Made by a program: the position numbers and the translations under genes
Source of the DNA: Promethearchaeota archaeon
GTDB lineage: Archaea > Asgardarchaeota > Lokiarchaeia > Sigyniarchaeales > SOKP01
NCBI GenBank assembly: GCA_048941015.1
Contig: JBHLNZ010000043.1
Span: 1 to 26,809 of the forward strand
Direction of reading: 5' to 3'
Length of the DNA: 26,809 bases
The notes under the pieces: model-generated
Databases searched by the model: none
The model's input: the letters and a program-made list of their open reading frames with translations, nothing else
Told to the model about the DNA's origin: nothing
Part shown: positions 15,640 through 24,300 of the stretch, in pieces
Layout of the letters: every line of letters starts with the position of its first letter
Position numbering within the stretch: the first letter of the stretch is position 1

Positions 15640-18042
15640 TTGGATTTGCAGAATAATTTTGATGGATGGCTTTTAGACATTTCTCTTTATAGGAATGGTG
15701 TAATTCTTTGGGTAAAAGATTTAAAAGAAAAGGTAGTTCGAAAAATCTACCAAAAATATTGTCCGGAATTTTTTGCCGTTCCAAAACCTAGTGCTGGAAA
15801 TGATGTAAAGAGGTTAAAGTACATTCTACAACAAAATTCCAATATTTCCCGAATAAGAGTGTGTGAGAAATATGTAAAATTAGAGGATCACAAAAAAAGT
15901 AAAGTTTTTGGATTATCTGTTTCAAAACCTTCATTATTCAAGAAAATTATTAAAGAAATTGATGAAATTGGCCTCTTTACACTGTATAATACAGATCTTC
16001 CTATTACTCAAATGTACTTCTATGAAAATGATTTATTTCCAATGGCTCTCTGCAATTTTAGGGTAAAGATCGAAAGAAACAAGCAAAAAGGAAAGACAAT
16101 GCATCTTACTTCTTTAGAACTTAAAGATAACAACGAGCTTCTCTTCTATGATCTACCGCCTTTGAAGGCTGTATGGTTGGATGTAAAAATTCAACAGAGA
16201 GGCATAAGATATTATTACAATGACCCTCTTAATTACGCTCTTATTAGTATTGTAGAAAATGATGAGGAAAATGTTCCACGGGCTGATGGGTACACAAAAC
16301 GTACGATTCTAATTGACGAAGCTGACGAAGCTGAAACACTGAAAAAGATTAGTAAAGCAATTGAAAAGCTTGATCCTGATATTATTCTCACTCACCACGG
16401 AGATGAATTTATGTTTCCCTATTTGGCTGCTCGAGCATCAATAAATCACGTATCAAAAGACTTATACTTCTCACGAAACAAAAAGTCTTTAAAAAATTGT
16501 TTTTTCAACCTTTCAGGAAATTCTGATCACTATATGTCTTATGGTATAATACGACGTCGTTCGAGGACACAAGTATATTTCACTGGCAGAATTCATCTGG
16601 ATACAGCAACTTATGCTAGCCTTCATTTTACAGAAGGTAATATTCCCGGAGTCATTGAAGTGGCACGTATTTCAAGAATCCCTATGCAGAGACTCTGTAG
16701 AGTGACTATCGGGGGTGCACTCCAGTCTATCCAATATTATAATGCTTATAAACTCGATCATCTCATTCCTCCCTTTAAAAAGAGTCCTGAAGACTTTCGT
16801 TCTGGGATGGACCTAATTAAAAGCGATCGCGGAGGCCACATTTTTGAGCCCCTGATTGGAGTTTTTCATCATGTAGTTGAATTAGATTTTTCTTCAATGT
16901 ACCCCTCTCTAATGGCAACATACAATATTTCTTCAGAAACTATAAACTGCCAATGTTGTAAGGATGATGGTACCGGAATAAAAGTACCAGGATTAAATTA
17001 TCATATTTGCTCAAAGAGACAAGGGATAATTTCAAAATCAATTAGTCTCCCTTTAATAAAGCGACTAAAGTGTAAAGAATATGTACGAAAAACAAATAGT
17101 ATTCGCTATAAATTTACTGATACTGCACTAAAATGGGTTCTTGTTGTAAGTTTTGGTTATCTAGGGTTTAAAAATGCTCGTTTTGGAAAAATCGAGGCGC
17201 ATCAAACGGTTTGTGCTTTTGCTCGTGATCTTCTTATGCGTTCTGTAGAAATTGCAGAAAGTTATGACTGTGAAATAATTCATGGAATTGTAGATTCGAT
17301 GTGGCTTAAAGACAAGAAACGTAGAACAATAGAGGAATTTGAAGAAATTACTAAACAGATTGCAAAAGAAATAACTGAGCATACAAAAATACCTATGAGC
17401 TGGGATGGTAGATTTGACGTCATATCGTTCCTTCCATCAAGAGCAGAACCCGATATCCCCGCCCTAAGTCATTACTGGGGTATCAAAAGTAGCGGCGAAC
17501 TAAAGGTAAGAGGTATAGATGTTAGACGCAGAGATGTGCCAAAAATAGTGAAAGAAGCTCAATATGCATTTATCAATGTATTCAAAGGAGCAAAAACACA
17601 AAAGGAATTCATGGAAAGAATGCCTGAAGTTAAAAAGAAACTTTTGCAATATGCCAATAGGATTCAAAATGGGAGCGTTTCTAGAGATGAGCTTACAATT
17701 CGTCAAAGAATCTCAAGGAGACCATCACATTATAAGGTTAATTCTTACCAAGCCGTTGCTGCCAAACAGCTAGAACGTTCTGGTGCCATAGCATCGCCTG
17801 GAAAGAATGTAAGATATATCATTCTCAATGCTGATGCTGATCCAAATTTTCCAGAGAAGAAAGTAATACTTTCTGACTTATATGACAGTAATAAACATGA
17901 ATATGATAAAAAAAAGTATATAGAACTTCTGAAAAGGGCATTTGAAAATCTTTTTCCTTTTGAATTTCCTGAACTTGAGGCGTTATTGAAATTAGATTTC
18001 AGTAAGAAACTTAATCAAAAAGATTTATCTTGCTTCACTTAA
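15640..18042 (+). CDS. polB2: Family B DNA polymerase, PolB2 (Dpo2) subfamily, proofreading-deficient
   Basis: Motif A ELDFSSMYPS followed by NISSETINCQCC; motif B ALKWVLVVSFGYLG; PolB2-type motif C HGIVDS instead of YGDTDS. Degenerate exonuclease motifs (WLDVKI, HHGDEFMFPYL). C-terminal QKDLSCF. Confidence 0.92.
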   Translation: MDLQNNFDGWLLDISLYRNGVILWVKDLKEKVVRKIYQKYCPEFFAVPKPSAGNDVKRLKYILQQNSNISRIRVCEKYVKLEDHKKSKVFGLSVSKPSLFKKIIKEIDEIGLFTLYNTDLPITQMYFYENDLFPMALCNFRVKIERNKQKGKTMHLTSLELKDNNELLFYDLPPLKAVWLDVKIQQRGIRYYYNDPLNYALISIVENDEENVPRADGYTKRTILIDEADEAETLKKISKAIEKLDPDIILTHHGDEFMFPYLAARASINHVSKDLYFSRNKKSLKNCFFNLSGNSDHYMSYGIIRRRSRTQVYFTGRIHLDTATYASLHFTEGNIPGVIEVARISRIPMQRLCRVTIGGALQSIQYYNAYKLDHLIPPFKKSPEDFRSGMDLIKSDRGGHIFEPLIGVFHHVVELDFSSMYPSLMATYNISSETINCQCCKDDGTGIKVPGLNYHICSKRQGIISKSISLPLIKRLKCKEYVRKTNSIRYKFTDTALKWVLVVSFGYLGFKNARFGKIEAHQTVCAFARDLLMRSVEIAESYDCEIIHGIVDSMWLKDKKRRTIEEFEEITKQIAKEITEHTKIPMSWDGRFDVISFLPSRAEPDIPALSHYWGIKSSGELKVRGIDVRRRDVPKIVKEAQYAFINVFKGAKTQKEFMERMPEVKKKLLQYANRIQNGSVSRDELTIRQRISRRPSHYKVNSYQAVAAKQLERSGAIASPGKNVRYIILNADADPNFPEKKVILSDLYDSNKHEYDKKKYIELLKRAFENLFPFEFPELEALLKLDFSKKLNQKDLSCFT

Positions 18043-18134
18043 TTAAAGGCTGTAATTGATTTTAATTTGTTATATTTAATTTAGAAAATTTTCACTCTGT
18101 ATATCTTTTTTTTGGACTAAATTAATTTTCAATT

Positions 18135-18305
18135 ATGTCATCAGATTCAATATCATATTATGATTGGTCATTAAGTTTTAAGAAAGATGATGGCAGTCAT
18201 AACTCTTTTGTAAAACATACAAGATCGAGAAGTATGAATTCAATTGGTCTTCCTGATGATGAATTTAAGGATTATTTAAAAAAGTGGAAAGAAGAACACC
18301 TTTAG
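18135..18305 (+). CDS. 56-aa hypothetical protein (not in ORF track)
   Basis: MSSDSISYYDWSLSFKKDDGSHNSFVKHTRSRSMNSIGLPDDEFKDYLKKWKEEHL*. It fills the gap between polB2 and the giant gene, is less AT-rich than its flanks and ends in an amphipathic helix. Confidence 0.55.
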   Translation: MSSDSISYYDWSLSFKKDDGSHNSFVKHTRSRSMNSIGLPDDEFKDYLKKWKEEHL

Positions 18306-18369
18306 GAATAGATTATTATTTTTATCATGTTTATTAGATTCTATTAGTACTTTCTTAAAATATTCAAAC

Positions 18370-21300
18370 TTAAATTCTAACTTCGAAGAAATACCAAACT
18401 ATTAATACAATTATCCAAATTATAAACAATGTAATAGATATAAATGTTGTATAAAACCTCCACTTAATAGATATCTTTTCTTTCTTTTCTTTTCGATAAA
18501 TAAATATTAGTGTTATTGCCCCAAGGCCTAAAATCGGGGGTAAAATTAATACAAATTGATATAATACTGATTTAATGTAAGGTAATATTAAAGCAAATAT
18601 AAAACCAGTCATGCCCAACCATGCTGTAATAAATCTTTTCATTTTCTCCTCAAAAATTTCATCAGGTTCTTTTGCTCTCTTTGAGGGAATTAAACCAAAA
18701 AATATTCCAAAGACTGCTACTGCTAATAAATAAGGATAATACGAATGTAGTAGACCAAGCATTATATCAGAGAAAAGAATTCCTGTGAAAATTCCTAAAG
18801 CCATACAAATTATAATCCGAATATATTTAAAATTTGCTTCCAAGAAATTAATAAGAGTATAATAAGCTGATATTATTGCATTCTTTAATTTAATATAAAG
18901 AGCATTTAAATAATCCATGAAATGATTAATTAACTCCTTTAAGTCTTCTAACATAAAAATAAAAGGATAAATTAGAATTCCTATAATTAAAAATGACCAA
19001 CTCCAGTTAGAGGTTGAAAAGAAGTAAAAAATAAAACTTAATAACAAGAAAATTAGTGCCCAATAGAGAAATGAAATCAATCTGTGTCTTTTAAATGGTT
19101 TAAGTAAAACTCCCATGAATATTGTGAAAATTAGAGAAGAAATTGATGAATTTAACATTAGGTTGGGAAAATTATACTCTAAAACAAAAAAAGTATCTAT
19201 AGATAGAAGAACGCCAAAAATTATTAAACTATAAGAAAGTATCTTCTTTCTGAAATCATTTTTAATTGCTTTCACAGAATAGTCTACTAGAGAAAATAAG
19301 AGTACTAACCCAGAAGAAAATAAAAAAAGATGCAAATTATTCAGTAAACTATAGCTTAAATAATAGAGTGGCCACATAATAATATCAAGATAAAAAATTA
19401 TTATTAATACTTTTTTAATCATCATTTTCCTTACTTCTACAGATTTCCAGAATTCTAGCATCTTAAATAGATAAGTCAATTCAAATAATAATAATAAAAT
19501 GATAATTGGTATAATTGGAGTTGAAAAAAGAGATATCCAGCTCATAAAATATAGAACCGAAAAGCCTAGAATGAATAACAGCGAGAAAATAACGAAATAA
19601 TTCGAGATTTTTCCCAGAAACTTTACTACTTTTTTATCAATTAACATTAGGATATGAATCGTAATACTTAAAGTTAGTAATATTAGTTGTGCCTCTATAT
19701 TTGTTTGAATTAAAAGTTGTGAAATTAAATTCAGCAAACTAATATAAAAAGCAATGCCGATAATTCTTTTCCTATAAGTCATCCATTTTTTAAAAATAAC
19801 TTCTTTTTCTGTTTTAAATTTAGTTCGAATTTTATAATAAGTATAATTGGTATAGAATTGCAGTAAAATAAACAGAATAAATGAGGAGTTATATAAAATT
19901 AAATTTAATAATGAAAATTGTAATAAAATCATTAATAGAGCCCATGTGAAATTAAAATAGCTTATGAAATGTACCAGAAGCATATATTTATTAGGTAATT
20001 TCTTTACTAATACTATCTCTAATGAACTAATACACAATAAGATTATTTGTGAACCTAAAAAGCTTTCAAATATTCCAAAATAAAGATTTAAAAATCCGTA
20101 AAAAAATATTGTGATTTCTAAATATACTACGAATATTAGAATAGAAAATATTCTATTAATTACATTAATATTAATTCTATCCGAATATTGGTTTTTGATT
20201 GAGTAGATATGGTAAAAGATTAATACCGTCTCAATTATAGTAATCAACATAACACTGAAAATATTAAAAAAGTATAACGATAGAAATAAATTCAACCAAA
20301 ATAGTAAGAGATTAAGTTGAAGTACAGCAAAAATTATTAGATGGATTGGGATAATTAATTTCTTATTAACGCGTTTTGCAATGTAAATATCAAATAATGT
20401 TAGAATAAATAAAATGCAACAAGATGTTAAGATACTTTCAATAAGATCAAGACTAATAACCTCGACTATTAATCCAAATGTTACATAAAAAATTTCAAAA
20501 TAGAGTGTAATTCCAATAAAGGAATTAATTTTGTTGATTTTTGTTTCTAAATTCTTAATATCAATTTCTACGCCAGATGTTTTAATATACCTCAAACTAA
20601 ATAAAATTAGGATAGACCAAATTATGAGAAATTCAAATATTCTTAGTAAAATTGAAAATACGCTAAGTAAAGAAACTATTAAAGAGAAATACGTTGAATT
20701 TAAGATAAAACATATTAAATTTAGTATTTTAATTTGATTTTTATCACTAAAAAAGCTCTTAATCTCATTATCTTCACGTTGATTCGATATTTCAATAGGC
20801 TTATTATAAATGTTAATTAAAATTTGAAAGATAACTGTATATGCCAAAAATCCTAATAAAGTCAAGATTATAATTGGTTTAAATAATGGAAATACAGAAA
20901 AGACTTGTAAACTTAAAAGGGCAATAGGAATAGGATATAAATACCACATTATATATCTATATCTCCTGATAATCGAATAGACAAAAGTAATATTAATTGC
21001 GGTTAAAAGTGTTAAAGCAATATAGAGGAAATTTGGAAATGCGTTAAATATTAAAAAGAATAAAGAAAATGAAACTCCAATTGATAAAAACACTACTGGA
21101 ATTATTTTTTTAATAGGAGTTATCATTTTAAAACGATTAAAAACATAAAAGCTTCCTCCAAAAACAGCTATAGCGATAAAAGTAGCTAATACTTGATTTT
21201 TTGGGATTAAATTGAAAGTAAAAAATGTAAAGAGTGAAAAACTTGTAGTTAAAATAATAGAAATCAAAAAATTTATGATTTTTTGATTTAATTTGAAGAT

Positions 21301-24300
21301 TCTAGAAGAAAAAAGACTTAAACCAATTATCATGAAAGCTAAGTTAATAGAGATAGGGGTATTTAAGATAATTCTATTAATTAAATTAAAAATGATTAAA
21401 TAAATACCTGTAAGAGCTACGAAATAAGATCCAATCAAAATAACACCCTTTTGTGCTTTTAAGTTAGGGAAAAACGATAATATTATGAAGTGAAATCCCA
21501 AAGTAAAAAGAGTCAATGAAAAATTAACATCAAAAGGGATTTGAACTATTTCTAAAAGAATGAAAAGGAATGTGACATTTATCAGGCTGGAAATTATCCA
21601 AAATATCATTAATAATTTCCAAAATTTCAATTTATATAAAATTGGCATCAAAAGTAATACTGCAAAAACACTAAAAAGGAAATTAGTTAATAAAAGACTT
21701 TCCACGAAAATATTTTGACAAAACCAGTATATAAGAAATAAACTCAAACCCCATACTGAAAATAACACCAAAGCGAAATTCTTTTTAACCCAAGTATACC
21801 AAAACGGTAATGAAAGTAGGACTGATATTATAAGAGTTATCAGAAATGATCCGTTTATCTCTAGTATTCCAAATAAAGTTAAAGCATTAGTATATATATC
21901 TAAACCAGAAATACTTTCGTATATTATAAGAAAATTTATTATTGGAAAGAATATCCAAACCCTCCATCCCACTTTCCAAATAGCCCAAGAGATCTTCCAT
22001 TGATAAATTCCAATTGAAAGATAATATAGGAATATAGCTATATTTAATGATATGATAAATATAATTGGATTCCATATAGATAAGGAGGTTACTGCAATCA
22101 AGAAAAAATAGACGAATACTGGAAAAGCTATAGTTATTAAGGGAAGAACAAGATAAAAAGATCTTTTCCTAAACACTGGAGTGCTTTTATTATAAACCGA
22201 AACAAAAGCTAATCCTGTGATTGTTAAGGTTAGAGTGAAACTCAGAATAGGATTATATTCACTAAAAAGAATATTTTTAAAGAATACCCCATAGGATAAA
22301 TAACTAATAAGATCAAAAATGAATAATAGAATACATGGCTTAATAAACCATTTATATCTTTCATCTCGTTTACTATAAAAAAAGTTCCCTGTTAAGCCAA
22401 GAAAAACTAAACATGCTATTGTTGTATTATAGAAAATCGGAATAACAGGATAATAAGTTAAGATAGATACAAAAATTAAGGCAGATACTGTACTATAAAG
22501 TGAAAGTTTCTCAATTATGTTGATTCTCCTTATATTCAGAATAATTGATGAAAATAAAATTGAACTTATTGTTATTAATAGTAAACATATGTAAAATCCA
22601 AAAGGGAGAAATATACCTAAAGTGCCTATTAATAAAATTAAATTCAAATAAATCACAAAACTTAGCACAATATAAGCGATTGACCGTAATATAAAATTTC
22701 TGTTTCGCCTGATGAGAATTACTATATATGCGATGACCATAAATAAAGGGAAGAATATTGAGAGAAAGAAAGAAAATGCTAAAACAAGTATGAAATAAAT
22801 TAGGAAAAGTTGATAAATTTTGAATTCAGAGCTATCTTCACCTATTTCATTAAATCGAAGTACATAAGAATTAGCCAATAAAAATATTATAGAAAGAATT
22901 AGCATTAATATTAAATATTGATTTTCATAGAAGAGAGGGTGAATTAACAAAGAATTCCAATAGATTTCAATAAAAATACAAATTAAAGAGATAAAGAATA
23001 TTAACACAGTGATTTTAATCAATCGTTCTTTTGAAATTTCTAAAATTACGAATCTCTGTTTAAAAAAGTATATTGTTATAGGACTTAAAATCGCAAAGAT
23101 TAATGTAGTTAATAAAATATGATTTATAATCGAAAGTCCAAGAGGATATAATGCTATTATTGAAATTATTATAATTTTAATGGTAAGCCATAATAGCAAT
23201 TCTATGTTTTCCACTAATCTTTCAAATTCAATTTTAATAAGGCTCTTAAAAATTATTAAAAGTAGTAGATTTATGAGCAAAAATAGTCCTGAATTATAAA
23301 GTACTATTAATATATTATAATCCACTGGAAAAAGTAAAGAAGTGAGATTAATTGGTTGAACTAACGTGAAAAGAATAATTGAAATGGATAAGATTATCCC
23401 TAAAATGCTAAGATTCTTATTATATTCGAATATTTTATAGATTTTATAAAAATCAAATCTTGATTTTCTAGATTCAAATGTCCTTTGTTTTAAATCTTCG
23501 ATTTGGAATAGATTAAAAAGGTTTAGAATAAAAAATACTAAGCAAGAAATTCCAATTATTAAAATCTTAAACCATAAATCAGATGTATTTAGTATGTACA
23601 TACATAACTTCCAAAAAACTAAAATACAAATAAAAAACCAACTAAATATTTGTAAAATTTTAAGATTAATTAGAAAAGTTTCTTTCATCTTTATATACTC
23701 AGAAATCCTACTTAAAAATTTAAGAAAACCAAGCACAAGTAGCATTGTAATAATAAATATTATTAAAAGATCGATAGAAAATCCTAACTTGGTAAATTCA
23801 AGAGCGAAAACGGATGGAATTAATATAATACAACCCCATATAAAAAAAGTATTAATGAATAGAATTTTTCTTACCAAATTTGGGATGAAGAAACCTTTTT
23901 TATAAGAGAAAAATAAAGGAATAAATAGAAATCCAGATGCCGCCATTGAAGGGAACAATAATGCATAAAAACTACCAGTCAATAATCTGTATGGGTAATA
24001 AAATATGACAGTACCAGTTATCAGAAATTCAATGATAGTCTGAATTTTCAAAAATAAATTGATATTCTTAACTTTAATAATGAAATTCTTCACTAGCATA
24101 TATATGAATCCTAAAATTCCATATAAAATGAATAATGTAAAGTTTATTATCGTAATTATATCAATGCTAATTCCTAACTTAATTAACTCCAAACTAATTA
24201 TTGTTGGAATTAATAGTAATGAAATTGATAGAATCAAACTGTTGATTATTAATATATTTTTAAAAATCTTTGGCAATTTGATTTTATTTTTAATGTAAAG

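Noticed and set aside
15640-18042. PolB as a marker of a casposon, provirus or other mobile element
   Set aside because: The motifs are those of cellular PolB2. No integrase, Cas1, capsid gene or terminal repeats were seen.
12520-18130. ANTTTC/TTTCAC hexamers resembling archaeal UV-response elements near the radA paralog and downstream of polB2
   Set aside because: Such hexamers are very frequent at this AT content and are not consistently positioned.
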